A stretch of 64,000 bases of DNA from Eledone cirrhosa (lineage: Eukaryota): assembly GCA_964016885.1 (NCBI GenBank), contig OZ024743.1, positions 255,936,001-256,000,000 of the forward strand, in the 5' to 3' direction. Under the pieces are notes generated by a model. The model was not told the DNA's origin. It saw only the letters and a list, made by a program, of their open reading frames with translations, and did no database searches. Of this stretch, positions 12,008 to 26,149 are shown piece after piece. The translations under genes and the position numbers were made by a program. Position 1 is the first letter of the stretch, and every line of letters begins with the position of its first letter.

Positions 12008-13681
12008 CAAAACTTCAAGAAGCACTATCGGCCAATACAAGCCGAAAACTCCGAAGAATATGGAGTGTACATACACTAAAGTATTGGAAGATTATGGGTA
12101 AAAATATATAATACAAATCACTAAGGAGGTGGATAACATTTTGAACCATATTACAAATATAGTCCAAAGCAAAAAAACTAGAGCTAAACAAAGGTGGTTA
12201 TATAGAGCGGGAATTATAGTACTATATGTAATACAATATAAAATAATATAATATACTTGTAACAATATTAAAATTAAAATTAAAATTAAAAGGCACAATA
12301 TACATATGTATATATGTACACACACGTACGCACATATACATATACATCAATACACATTTCCATCATTAACAGCACAAAATTAAACCTTATTAAGAGTTTA
12401 AATATAAATAAGCATAATAGGAATAAAAATAAAAATAATATGTATATCTAATATACAGTATAACATGAAGTAATGAAATGATTAAAAGTAACACATATAA
12501 TATATAATAAACTATATAATTATATAATATATAATATAATATAAAAGATAATCTCCGGTTAGTTTACACAAACAATATAGATGTCACAATAATACTATAA
12601 TAATAATATAATAATATATAATATATAATGGCATGTAAGTTAACAAATCAATTCATATAGAGTTACAGAGTAGGTGAGAAAAAATATAAATTGCACAATA
12701 CCCAAAATTATGATGGTACAAAAATATAAACATCTTACATGATATATAAAATTTAACATATCATAATGGTACATAAAATCATCGGTAAGTAATAAGGATC
12801 AATAGTACATTTACAAAGCGTTGAATAACAACTTCAATATAAAATAATGAACATAATATAATATATAATTACTTATAATTACAAGGTTGGTAAACAGACA
12901 CATGTGTGGATGAGTGAATAAGGGCCAGACAGAAAATACTATGCACAGTAGTATTAATAAATAAATAAATAAAAACAACCGGAAATTAAAAAAACAAAAA
13001 CAAAAGTATTTACTTAGGTCTCACATGCAGTTAAGTAAAAACTTAGGAAACAACCCAGATAAATGACTAGAAAAACCCTATTTGATAAATTAATATTTAA
13101 AATATTTAAAATACCTAATAAGGCAATACAATATTAGCTATGGTTTAAGTAATCAAAATTCCTAAACATTAATATTTCACTATAAATATATATAGAGAAA
13201 GGAATGAAATATTCTACTATCATTTACATAACGATATCTAAAAAACTGACTTAAGCAGAATTATGGTAGGCTAATAGGGACAGAAAAAAGAAATGTATGT
13301 AGGATACAAAGGAGCATAAAATCATAATCAATATACTGTATTATATAATAGAAAGGAGCATAAAAAAGGGGGATTAAATATAATCATAATATATTTGAAG
13401 GGGTTAGCAATAAGTTTATGTGTGCATGGGGGGGGGGGGGTTATCCAAAGAAGAATCCAAATAAAATAAAATAAAATGAAATGAAATAAAATAATATAAA
13501 ATATATAATCAGATATATACTCATAAGGTGTTAATAGTGAACATTTAATGTATAAGAAGATAGATATGGTATAGTAGCCAAAAGATTATGAGAGCTAGAA
13601 TAAAAAGTTGTCAAAAACCAATGATAATAATGATGATAATAATGGTGGTAAACAAAAAGAACCTAAACTAAAAAAAATAAG

Positions 13682-15680
13682 CTAATGGATACAATTTACA
13701 CTACTAGAACCTTTAGGTTTATAATAAAAGTAAGAATTAGAAATAGCGTGGGGGCAAGAAGAGAATATCTCAGACTTTCTATTAAGTAAGGATTCACTAG
13801 AGAAAATTATAGAGTGTGTCTCGAGGATACAGAGATTACAAAATTTAGTATGTGTAGAAAGGTTATTAGAGCGTGCTACTAAACGCCAATTAAGGCTATA
13901 TGGTATATTAGCCCCCTTAAGATCCCAGATATAGTGTGCTAAAGAAGTAGAATTCTTAAACTTAACATGTTTGAAATTAGAGATATGAGAATTAAACCTA
14001 GTCTTAAAAGTGTTAGATGTAGAGCCTATATAAGTTCTATTAGAGGAATTAGTTATAACTACGCAAGCATAAACGATGTTCTTAGAGAGGCAGTTACCGT
14101 TTAAAGGGCAGTTAGCACTCACTCTACAGTTACACTTCCGGGTGCTATTGATTGGCTGAAGTAGTGATGCATTACACGTAGGATTACTATTAGATAAGGT
14201 CTGCTCTGCTGGTAAGGCATTTGCAGATCTGTTCAGACTAGTAGTATGTAGAGAGGAGTATCCATCCCTAATTTTCCTATTGTTAGTGCTAGCTAAATGA
14301 GAACTAATATTAGGGGTGGTAGAGAATGAAAGTTTAATAACATTTTTATTAAAAATACTATGGTATTTATGAGAAGGGGGGAAATTTTTCTCTAAGATAG
14401 AAAAGAAAGACATAGGGATATTAGTTAATACTTCCTGATTATATGGCGAGTTAAAATAAGTATTTAGTCTCCTTCTATTTTTATCCTTTCCGACTCTACC
14501 ATTATCTAATATCCCATTATTAAGACTAGGGTTATTACAAGCATTAGTTAAAACCGCATTATTAGAATCAGCCGAAATTTCATTAAGTTTCATTCTGTTT
14601 CTACCTCTAGTAGATCTGCTGCTGTCTGGAATCCCATCAAAAGGATTAGGGCCAATAATAGGATCAGTAGAAACAACATTATCAGAATTAGATCCAGCAA
14701 AAGCATCACCAATGAGTGAGCGCTCAGAGGGTTCGACTTGATTCCTAGAGGTATTATATTCCCTATTACGAGTCCGGTGGGTTAACTTATGGATGGGTTC
14801 AGATACACCTATGTGATTTCTACGATTATTATGCTTCCTACTCCCATTCATGGCCATGTTATGGGATATTGTGTTATTATTATTATAAGTAAGCGGATAC
14901 TTTCTAAGGTTGCTATCATTATAATATATTTTACTAGAGTAACCGGAATTAGCTAGGGCATTATTATAGTACTCCGCATGTTCATTAAATGTTCCTACGT
15001 CCTTAGAGAGTGTGGAAATCCTATTAGATACACCCTTAATTATAGAGCTTATCATAGATTTGGGTGGTTAGAATTGGGACTAACATAAGAAAGTATTTCA
15101 TTAGGCTTATGGAAGGGTTTAAAACTAATAGTGACCAAGTCCAAAGTCACATCTAAAAAGTTGACCGCTCTATCGTTTCTATCTATCGTGATCGAAAGGT
15201 TATAGCTTTTAAAAAACTTATAAAGCTTCTTATTATTATGCTCGACATTGTTGGTGCTAGAGTTAATCACAAACAATGCATCATCACGATATAGTCCGCC
15301 TTTAAGGTGCGGAAAGGTAACATATAGTTCATTTAGGAGGAACAACCCAACAAGATCAGTTACCTGGGCCGAATCACTCGAACCCATTGTAACATCGAAA
15401 TTGTTGGGCGTGTTTTTACGGGTTCAAAATGTGTCCTCAAAATTAATGATAGTTCTACGGGCTGCTAGTATAATATCTACCTGTGATCGTGTAAGGCTGG
15501 ACACTCTCATGGCCAACATTAAGGCTTTATTGAGGAGGATGGGAGAAATCGATGTGTAGTAGGCATCAATATCGAACTGGATAAACTTATTAGATTCAAG
15601 TTTACTAATAAAGTCTACCTTATGATCCTTAAGAGTGAATCTCGGTTCTCTAGGGTAATATGGCTGGGTATACTTATTAT
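13682..15680 (-). pseudogene. Frameshifted PLE RT + GIY-YIG ORF
   Basis: MGSSDSAQVTDLVG, YRDD, NFLDVTLD (15052-15387); CNCRVSANCPLNGNC, NIVY...YIGSTS (13682-15055); frameshift near 15055. Confidence 0.9.
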
Positions 15681-16195
15681 AATTAAATAGTTTATTATAT
15701 ATTATATGTGTTACTTTTAATCATTTCATTACTTCATGTTATACTGTATTTTAGATATACATATTATTTTTATTTTTATTCCTATTATGCTTATTTATAT
15801 TTAAACTCTTAATAAGGTTTAATTTTGTGCTGTTAATGATGGAAATGTGTATTGATGTATATGTATATGTGCGTACGTGTGTGTACATATATACATATGT
15901 ATATTGTGCCTTTTAATTTTAATTTTAATTTTAATATTGTTACAAGTATATTATATTATTTTATATTGTATTACATATAGTACTATAATTCCCGCTCTAT
16001 ATAACCACCTTTGTTTAGCTCTAGTTTTTTTTGCTTTGGACTATATTTGTAATATGTTTCAAAATGTTATCCACCTACTTAGTGATTTGTATTATATATT
16101 TTTACCCATAATCTTCCAATACTTTAGTGTATGTACACTCCATATTCTTCGGAGTTTTCGGCTTGTATTGGCCGATAGTGCTTCTTGAAGTGTTG

Positions 16196-16240
16196 ATTGC
16201 CCTGATGAGTCCTTAATAGGACGAAACATTGTTGGCTAAT
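16196..16240 (+). ncRNA. Type I hammerhead ribozyme
   Basis: attgcc-CTGATGA-gtcc ttaata ggac-GAAA-cattgt-t-ggctaat; canonical core. Confidence 0.88.
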
Positions 16241-16421
16241 AAAGACTTTTGATGTATTGAAGGCTTCTTTGTTTTATTTTCATAATTCTTCGGCTCTGTT
16301 TAATTACTTTGAGCTATACCTTTTACTGTCATTTCTATAATACGAAGAGGGGGTTTAACTCCAACACGCTCCAGTATTTTAATCCTTATATATATATATA
16401 TTTATATATTTATATATATAT

Positions 16422-17700
16422 TACAAGAGAAGTAACTAGCTAAAGGTAAACCCCTCTATTTAGTTTTTGTAGACCTGGATAAGCCTTTGACAGAGTCCCC
16501 CGCTCCATTATCGGGTGGGCTCTTAGAAAACTAGCTGTAGATGAATGGCTTGTGAGAGCTATACAAGCTATGTATAATGAAACAGTCAGTAAAGTTAGAA
16601 TTAACAATGAATATTGTGAAGAATTTAGTGTAAAAGTTGGACTTCACCAAGGCTCTGTGCTTAGCCCCCTCCTATTTATTATTGCCCTTCAGGCTATAAC
16701 AGAGGAGTTCAAGACTGGCTGCCCATGGGAACTACTATACGCAGATGATCTAACGCACATAGCTGAATCAATGGCCGATCTAGAAAAGAAATTCCAAACA
16801 TGGAAGCATGGCCTAGAATCAAAAGGCCTTAAAGTTAACTTGTCTAAGACTAAAGTCCTAGTTTGTAGAAAGGAAAATAAGGCACAGGTACCCTCAGGGA
16901 AATGGCCTTGTTCAGTGTGTAGGAAATGAGTAGGCAGAAATTCAATTTTATGTCCCAAATGCAAAGTATGGGTACATAAAAGATGTAGTGGGATCACAGG
17001 CAAACTATCTAAGAACGTGGCCGATGCTCAGGTGCAATAGGTAGCAAGTGTCCAGATATACTAGCCCCTTATATTGCCCAGATGGTTCTATAGAAATAGT
17101 AGACACTTTCCGTTACCTGGGTGACGAAATCAGCAGTGGTGGAGGGTGTTCTGAAAGTACAGTAGCCAGAGTCAGAACGGGATGGAAAAAGTTCAGAGAG
17201 CTTATACCGCTGTGGGCCACAAAAGGGTTCTCACTAAAAATGAAAGGCAGATTGTATGATGCTTGTATACGAACAGCAATGCTACATGGCAGTGAGACAT
17301 GGGCATTGCATGCAGAGGACCTGCGTAGACTGGAAAGGAACGAAGCATGCATGCTCGGTTGGATGTGTAATAGAAATATACGTGAACAGCAAAGCATAAA
17401 TGAACTAAGTGAGAAATTAGGAATAAGAGGGATCAAATGCTGTTTACTCGAGAGAAGACTACGTTGGTATGGCCACATGATGCGCATGAAAGACGACAGC
17501 TGTATAAAAAGTGCAGTGCGATCTAAATTGATGGTAGTTACGGAGTAGGTAGACCCAGAAAAAGCTGGGACGATCTGATAAGTTCTGACCTTACACGCTT
17601 GCACCTCTCTAAGACAATGTCACTGGACCGAGATCTTTGACGCTACGCAGTAATACAGAAGACCCGCCTTGCCTATGTACAAAACGAAACCTACAGTCAG
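16422..17700 (+). mobile_element. 5'-truncated RTE-clade LINE (RT, PHD-like Cys finger, C-terminus), decayed
   Basis: GLHQGSVLSPLLF, LLYADDL, WPCSVCRK, FRYLG, RRLRWYGH; stops and frameshifts. Confidence 0.9.
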
Positions 17701-17854
17701 TAGGCATCTCTTAACCAAATATACAGCCCTACCCTTTTCTCCCACTCACACCAACACCATCCTCTCTCTATAAAGTTGGTACCACGACACCCAGTCCAAA
17801 TAAACGAGATAAATGAGATCGAGATCGAGATCGTGTAGGTGTCACGAGAAAAAA

Positions 17855-18096
17855 ACACACAGTCCAAGATGTAATGTGGCCGTGTAGGTAACACGGTAAA
17901 AAGTTCCCAGTTCCACATTGTAAATGTGGTTGGTGTAAGGAAGGGCATCCAGTCGTAGAAAACCTGCCAGATAGTCCTATATGAGCGAGACACGGTCACC
18001 CGACCAACCTTGCCACAAGTGGGACAACTGCCGTCTAACTCATGCTAGCGTGGAAAATGGATGTTAAACGAAGATGATGATGATGATGATGATGAT
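17855..18096 (+). mobile_element. SINE with RTE-type (GAT)n tail
   Basis: aggaagggcatccag...catgctagcgtggaaaatggatgttaaacg-(gat)n. Relatives at ~29952-30340, 33310-33550, 35740-36050, 39490-39645 and 43800-44110. Confidence 0.65.
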
Positions 18097-18358
18097 ATAT
18101 ATGGAAAAGAATGAAATGAAATGAAATTTCTCACTCTTAGTACGGCTGATACTTAAATATAAGTATGTATACGTACATACATATATGTATACAGACGTAC
18201 AGTAGTATGTATATATATACATACATGCACACACATATATATGTACGTATGGGTTTACCGAACATTTATTATAATGTTCGGTTTGTTTGTAAACAAACAG
18301 CCCGAATTAAGCCATACAGTGTTCGGCAACCATCGTATATATATATATATATATATAC

Positions 18359-18451
<93 letters not shown>

Positions 18452-18497
18452 AAAGTTAAATAAAAATTCAAATATTTAAAATTTAGCTTCGTTTATT

Positions 18498-18552
18498 ACT
18501 GCTATATATATTTCAGTGACAGCCATCTTTGGCTGTGACCTCTTCAGGCAGT
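18498..18552 (-). ncRNA. Type I hammerhead ribozyme
   Basis: actgc-CTGAAGA-ggtcacagcc aaaga tggctgtcact-GAAA-tatatat-a-gcagt. Confidence 0.8.
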
Positions 18553-19759
18553 CCGAATTAGTGTGGTATAGACAAGTACATATGTTGTTGAGGTGTATAA
18601 TATTGTCAATACTCTGATATGCCCAGTTCCTGGTTGGGTTGTTATTTCACTGAGGAACTGGAATCATATGAATTCAAACAAACGAATTTCAGTGTCAAAG
18701 GGCCTCTTCTCCTTTCATTGGTCAGTTGTTAGAACATTCCTCATTCTAAGTGTTGTTATTGTTGGAGTTAGCTTAAAAAATTGATAAAGTGGTAGAAGGG
18801 ACAAGGTGTTAAACGAACAAAATAACCAAAAAAGTGTCAAACTTCCCATTGGTCAGTTCTGAGAGCATTCATCAGTCAGAAGTCTATAGAATTCTTTCTG
18901 GGGTGAGGCTCCTTGTAGTGTTTGTGTTTGCTATTGTTAAGTACATTTGACCTCTACCATTATTTTGGTAGTGTTGTTGGTGCTGTGGTCAGCTTGTCTT
19001 GCTTCTGTTGACAATTTAGAAGTATATGTGTGTGTTTTTTCTTCATCCTCCTGCCACCATCTCTCATAGTGGTGGTGGGGGGGGGTCTTCCATGTGTATG
19101 AAGAAATATAAGGCAATATATGAAGAAAACAGAAAATAAATAATATAATTTGTATAATTTGAAAATAAATAATAAATAGAGAATAAAGAATAAAGAATAA
19201 ATGAAAAATTGGTGAAAAAATAATGAAAATGAATATGGAGAAGTGAAAAATAAAATGAAGATTCAAATAAAGTAGGATAAAGTGTGTGTGCGCTATAACC
19301 AATCTCAAGGTCAGAAATATGTTGGATAGATTGGTATGAGGACAAAATGTTAAAATAAGATGTTAAAAGAAGATAATTAAACAAAATGTGTTTGTGTAAT
19401 AATCAATCTCAACTTAAAAATAAATATAAGGTGATACAGTGAAGAGGGAAGAAAACAAATAACAAATTAATAAAGAGAAATTAAGATTTAAAATTGGGAC
19501 GTGAAAGTCAGAAATCAAGTAAATTAAAATGTGTTTGTGTTATATAAATGTTGGCCAAATTATAATGGCTGTGTCCGATTCAATCTCTAGGCTATCATGG
19601 TGTCTGCTCAGCCTGGGTTGTTCCCTGTGGCTTGAGGGGAGTTCACAACCTAGGGTGTTGTTACTGCCCATAAAACTTGAGGGAGGTCTTGCTGAGAGGT
19701 GTTTACATGTTCTGTAGAAGTCCCTATAGCTTGAGGAGAGTTCACATCTTCTTGTGTTG

Positions 19760-20655
19760 CTACTGTCCATCTATCTTGAGGAAGGTCCCGGCTCTAAGGT
19801 GTCTGCATGTCCCGAAGAAGTCGGTTCTGATGTTTATCAAGCCGCTTCCAACTCTTAGTATCTCGAGGGTCTCGTTCAGGCATAGTTTGCAAGATCCCAC
19901 TTTATCGGGTGGTACTTTCCTGATTATGTACCAGGCCAGAGAGTACGGGGTCCTGTCCAGCTTAAGCTTCCAGATCAGGTCAGAGAGAGCCGTGCTTTTC
20001 CTTTTGGCCTCCTTATTGAATGAATGGCGATGGTTGTACCAGCGGTCATTAAAGCTCGTTGATGTGGCTCCTATGTAGAGGTGTTCGGAGTTGGGGATTT
20101 TAACCCTACAACCGTATACTATGTTCTTCTTGAGGCATTCATTACCAAGGGGGCATGATTCGGGGTTTCTGCAGTTGCAGAGGGTGGTCGACCTCTGCGT
20201 GCCTAGATTAGGGTTCCCGTTAGTGTTACATGTTGGTCTTCCCCCAAGCACGGTGTTGGGTCCCCGGGTCTGTTTGGGTTTCTTGGGTGGGCTCTGGGAC
20301 CCCCTTCCCGTTTCACATGGTTCTGCTGAGTGCTTGTATTGCCATCTTCTTGTTATGTGTGGTTTTTAAGCCTACTCCTGTTTATGCTAGCTATGTGTTG
20401 AGCCAGATTTCTCGTGGTGGAATACGAAAGCTTCACAGTGTGTCTGTTGAAGATCCTGTGGTATATGTGGTCCCTCGGGAAGCATTTATCAAGTGCTCCA
20501 AAGAATGATCGGGCCAAGCTGTTATTTAGGGCCGCTGAGTAGGCTGGGTTGTACCACGTGATTTTTCGGTGTCTCCTCCTATATGTGTGGATCGGGGGCG
20601 TCGTGGTTTGTTGGATATTTGTTGGGTTGCTGGTGCTTTCCGCACTGTTGCTTCC
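19760..20655 (-). pseudogene. PLE C-terminal GIY-YIG fragment (Naiad-like)
   Basis: CNCRNPESCPLGNEC, NIVY, YIGATST, CKLC, CRH; frameshifted. Confidence 0.88.
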
Positions 20656-20659
20656 CCTG

Positions 20660-21135
20660 GGGGAAGACCAACATGTAACACATAACGGGAACCCTAATCT
20701 AGGTACGCAGAGGTCGATCACCCTCTGCAACTGCAAAAACCCCGAATCAAGCCCCCTTGGTAATGAATGCCTCAAGAAGAACATAGTATACGGTTGTAGG
20801 GTTAAAACCCCCAACTCCGAACACCTCTACATAGGAGCCACATCAACGAGCTTTAATGACCGCTGGTACAATCATCGCCATTCATTCAATAAGGAGGCCA
20901 AAAGGAAAAGCACGACTCTCTCCGACCTGATCTAGAAGCTTAAGCTGGACAGGACCCCGTACTCTCTGGCCTGGTATATAATCAGAAAAGTACCACCCGA
21001 TAAAGGGGGATCTTGAATATGCAAACTATGCCTGAACGAGACCCTCGAGATACTAAGAGGTGGAAGTGGCCTGATAAACCTCAGAACTGACTTCTTCAGG
21101 ACATGCAGACACCTCAAGATAGATGGACAGTAGCA
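20660..21135 (+). pseudogene. Inverted duplicate of the GIY-YIG fragment
   Basis: CNCKNPESSPLGNEC, NIVY, YIGATST; premature stops. Confidence 0.85.
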
Positions 21136-22354
21136 ACACAAGAAGATGTGAACTCCCCTCAAGCTATAGGGACTTCTACAGAACATGTAAACACCTCTCA
21201 GCCAGACCTCCCTCAAGCTATATGGGCAGTAACAACACCCTTGGTTGTGAACTCCCCTCAAGCCATAGGGAACAACCCAGGCTGAGCAGACACCATGATA
21301 GCCTAGAGATTGAATCGGACACAGCCATTATAATTTGGCCAACATCTATATAACACAAACACATTTTAATTTACTTGATTTCTGACTTTCACGTCCCAAT
21401 TTTAAATCTTGATTTCTCTTTATTAATTTGTTATTTGTTTTCTTCCCTCTTCAATGTATCACCTTATATTTATTTTTAAGTTGAGATTGATTATTACACA
21501 AACTCATTTTGTTTGATTATCTTATTTTAACATCTTATTTTAACATTTTGTCCTCATACCAATCTATCCAACATATTTCTGACCTTGAGATTGGTTATAG
21601 CACACACACACTTTATCCTACTTTATTTGAATCTTCATTTTATTTTTCACTTCTCCATATTCATTTTCATTACTTTTTCACCAATTTTTCATTTATTCTT
21701 TATTCTTTATTCTCTATTTATTATTTATTTTCAAATTATACAAATTATATTATTTATTTTCTGTTTTCTTCATATATTGCCTTATATTTCTTCATATACA
21801 TGTAAGAAACCCCCACCCCACCCCACCACCACCACTATGAGAGATGGTGGCAGGAGGGATGAAGAAAAAACACACACTTATGCTTCTAAATTGTCAACAG
21901 AAGCAAGACATAAGCTTCCCACAACACCAACAACACTACCAAAATAATGGTAGAGGTCAAATGTACTTAACAATAGCAAACACAAACACTACAGGGAGCC
22001 TCACCCCAGAAAGAATTCTATAGACTTCTGACTGAGGAATGCTCTCAGAACCGACCAATGGGAAGTTTGACACTTTTTTGGTTATTTTGTTCCTTTAACA
22101 CCTTGTCCCTCCTACCACTTTATCAATTTTTTAAGCTAACTCCAACAATAACAACACTTAGAATGAGGAATGTTCTAACAACTGACCAATGAGAGGAGAA
22201 GAGGCCCTTTGACACTGAAATTCGTTTGTTTGAATTCATATGGTTCCAGTTCCTCAGTGAAATAACAACCCAACCAGGAACTGGGCATATCAGAGTATTG
22301 ACAATATTATACACCTCAACAACATATGTACTTGCCTATACCACACTAATTCGG

Positions 22355-22409
22355 ACTGCCTGAAGAGGTCACAGCCAAAGATGGCTGTCACTGAAATATA
22401 TATAGCAGT
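22355..22409 (+). ncRNA. Type I hammerhead ribozyme
   Basis: Same motif as 18498-18552; stem III is an (AU)n palindrome. Confidence 0.8.
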
Positions 22410-22578
22410 AATAAACGAAGCTAAATTTTAAACATTTGACTTTTTATTTAACTTTATTTTACATTACTCCGGAGTAAACCAACCAACCTGCGCACTTCGT
22501 CGAGTGCTACAGCCTGCATACGGAGGTGTTGGTATAAAACCAACATATACTCAACATCTCTCTCTCTATATATATAGA

Positions 22579-22669
<91 letters not shown>

Positions 22670-22670
<1 letters not shown>

Positions 22671-23815
22671 AAGTTATATTTAAAATTGTTGGGTTACAAC
22701 TAGTAAATATTTATAACTGATATAAAAGCACTCGACAAATACTTGGAGTATATTTACAATATTAAATATATATATATAAACGTTTGTATATGTATAATAA
22801 AGCCAAAACAATGCAGGTATGGACATAGAATAAAGAATGCAAATGCAAAAGATATTGTTGACAATTAGTCTTTTACCTTAGATTTATTTAAACGGCCTTA
22901 ATTTTCGAGATAATATCTCTTCTTCGGAGGGAAGTGAAGCGGTTAAACCAGTCTTCTAAATAGCTTGCCAAGTCATGCTGACAGGAAATTGTATAGAGTA
23001 TCTGTTCTATCTCTAATGTCAAAAAGTTAAGGTTAGGTGGATAAAGAGTAGCCTCCCTTTAAAAGATTTTTTTTGTGTACATGCCTGTTTAAGTGTGTTT
23101 GAGAATGTGTGAGGTGTAAGTATGTGTGTGGGTATGTGTGTGAGTGTGAGAAGATATGTCTATACGTAAATGTGGGGGATAGATGTTATCTCATGTTAGA
23201 ACTGGTCTTTGCGTGTGTATGTGTGTGTGAGAGAGAGAATAAGTTGAGGTGTAAGTGTGTGTGTGTGTGCGTGTGTGTAGGAGGGGGTGTAAATATGGGG
23301 CTAGATGATATATCAAGTTATAGATTGGGTGTTGAGTTCTAGTCTATTATTGATTGGTGGTTGTGTTTTGTCTATAATTAGTGCTTCCTTAATTCAAAGA
23401 TTACCGAGGTTTCCTTCCTTAGTTTCTATCCTAACTGTTATGGTTTTGTCGGTGTTTTTGCATTTAACTAGGTGTTTCTTAAATGAGGAAGCGTTAGTAT
23501 TGAGGTGTTCTTTTATTCTTATGTGGAGTGGTCTGGTGGTGCTACCTACGTAGAAATTGCCGCATTTGTCGCACTCTAGTCTGTATACGACGTAAGCCTG
23601 GTGACATAGGTCTGTGTCGTTGAAGGGGCAGTTGGCTAGCCTGCAGCGGTTGTCATGTCTGGTGGAGTGTTTTTTGTTTAGCTGTCAGTGTATAGAAGGA
23701 CCTGAGTGGGCCAGTTGGATATCTAGTCCCTCTCGTCTGATAGCTCTGCGGATGGCTGTTGTTGTTTCGTCACTTAAGTGTGGGAGCTTCAGGAATAAAT
23801 AATTCCGTCGGAAAG
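22670..23815 (-). mobile_element. 3' fragment of a different PLE (GIY-YIG, missed by the ORF track)
   Basis: Manual minus-strand translation of ~23520-23650: RCRLANCPFNDTDLCHQAYVVYRLECDKCGNFYVGSTTRPLHI, continuing to ...IKEALII. Confidence 0.8.
22896..22930 (-). ncRNA. Minimal hammerhead variant (U4C)
   Basis: cct-CCGAAGA-agaga tatta tctc-GAAA-att-a-agg, at the expected 3' UTR position of the PLE fragment. Confidence 0.55.
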
Positions 23816-23889
23816 GTACAGGAAAAAAGAGTGCCCTATGTAGGTTACAGAGCTTGTTAGTTATGTAATAACCAATATAAGATAATTAT

Positions 23890-23947
23890 TTCATTTACCA
23901 GTGGTTTCTTGAAAGCAGATATATCTGCATTCAGTCGTCAGAATGAA
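23890..23947 (-). ncRNA. Type I hammerhead ribozyme
   Basis: ttcatt-CTGACGA-ctgaatgcaga tata tctgctttcaa-GAAA-ccactggt-a-aatgaa. Confidence 0.82.
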
Positions 23948-24046
23948 CAAAACATGTTGTTTTTATTAAATATGGATTTGAAAACAAAATATAAGAAATA
24001 TGAAAGTGAGGCTGAGGAAACAACGGGCGAAGAAGAAGGGAAAAAA

Positions 24047-24146
<100 letters not shown>

Positions 24147-24438
24147 ATATATATAAAATAAATAAATAAACAAACATACACACACTCAACCACGCACATA
24201 TACTTAAAAATACGTAGACATAAGCTGTTATATAAGCGTATATGTACCAACCGACATGGACAAAATAAATACACATACAAGTACATGAAGTAATAAGAAT
24301 AAATAAATGAATGAATAAGAACAAAAAATATTGAAAGTCAAAAATATAATAACATAAAATAGACAGGATGCGCGTTGACAACGATAAGAGGGAGGAGGGG
24401 ACAATAAAAACAAATAAAAATAAATTAATACACGAGGC

Positions 24439-25020
<582 letters not shown>

Positions 25021-25159
25021 CCAACCTTCGAAACGGCTTGAGTTCTGCCGTCGGGGTCATACTTTTTCCTATTTCCCACTCTACTACACTAAGTATTGAA
25101 TATTCTGGTGCGTTATGGTCCATCTGGTTCTTACCACTATTCCTTTGTTATATATATAT

Positions 25160-25395
25160 ATAAATAAATTATATAATTATCAAAGTTGTGTTCAAATCAT
25201 TTAATAGCTGACTATCGTTTCTTCCAAACTCTCGCTTGGAATCATAGGAGAGTTTGGAAGAAACGATTGTCAGCTGTTAAATGATTTGAACACAACTTTG
25301 ATAATTGTATAATTTATTTATTTAACTGCTCTGTAAAACAACTGATATTCATACATTGAGCTAATTCTTTTACTGGTAATAAGGTAATTAAGACA
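25160..25395. repeat. ~70-bp-arm hairpin plus tail (PLE-type fold-back with half-hammerhead)
   Basis: 25160-25232 is inverted at ~25248-25320; contains GAAA-cgattgt-c-agctg. Confidence 0.65.
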
Positions 25396-25460
25396 TTACT
25401 GACTCTCCTGTTTATAGTTGTTTATACTATATACATAGCTATAAATAGTATTATTATTAT

Positions 25461-25549
<89 letters not shown>

Positions 25550-26149
25550 AAAGAGGGGTTGAGAAGGAAAGAAAGTTTAAGCAAAGAATCGCTGCTTTCT
25601 ACATTAACGGGATCTTCTTAAACTAATAAATTCTATCTGTGGACGCAGAATTAAATATTTCGAGAAACGTTGCAACTGAAGGAAAACAGTAAGACGATAT
25701 TTTGGTTCGTGAAGACGTTCCCTGGTAATGAACGAAAAAAAAGCGAGGATAATACGTCGTTATGTGGACCGAGAAGAACAATTTCATGCAGACAAGACCA
25801 AGTTTATGGTGTAAATGGAGTCGTTAGACTAATATTCTATTTAAAAATTTAAAATAAACGAATGATTTCCAGCTCCGGAGTTTAAGAATGATGTAAATAA
25901 AATTGTAAACGAAAATGACAGAGGTTATTAAAATAGTTGTTTCTACTTTTGGCACAAGGCCAGCAATTACCCAGTACATTATAGGTACTTTATTTTATCG
26001 AGCCCGTAAGGATGAAAGGCAAAGTTAACCTCGACGGGATTTTAACTTTGCCTTAAAATAGTAAAAGTAAATAGTGAAGATTTAGGCCAGTACATACGTA
26101 TGCGCCGACGGAGATACACATACATATGCACACACAAATACACACACAC

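Larger units (their letters stand above)
11917..16390 (-). mobile_element. 5'-truncated Naiad-like PLE with ~600-bp inverted copy of its 3' end
   Basis: Coding part on the minus strand; 11917-12514 is inverted at 15687-16285, and the right arm extends a further ~105 bp; (TA)n flanks. Confidence 0.9.
18445..22560. mobile_element. Fold-back PLE insertion: ~1.8-kb inverted arms (GIY-YIG end + 3' UTR + hammerhead) with ~410-bp spacer
   Basis: 18445-20245 is inverted at 20658-22460; the spacer continues the minus-strand ORF (ITWYNPAYS...KLSYSTT); ~100-bp extra tail on the right. Confidence 0.92.

Noticed and set aside
21010-21020. In-frame TGA in a Naiad-like GIY-YIG as selenocysteine (reported for some Naiads)
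   Set aside because: It lies in a 6-nt insertion absent from the sister arm, this copy has another premature stop, and the intact 820-aa ORF has no internal TGA.
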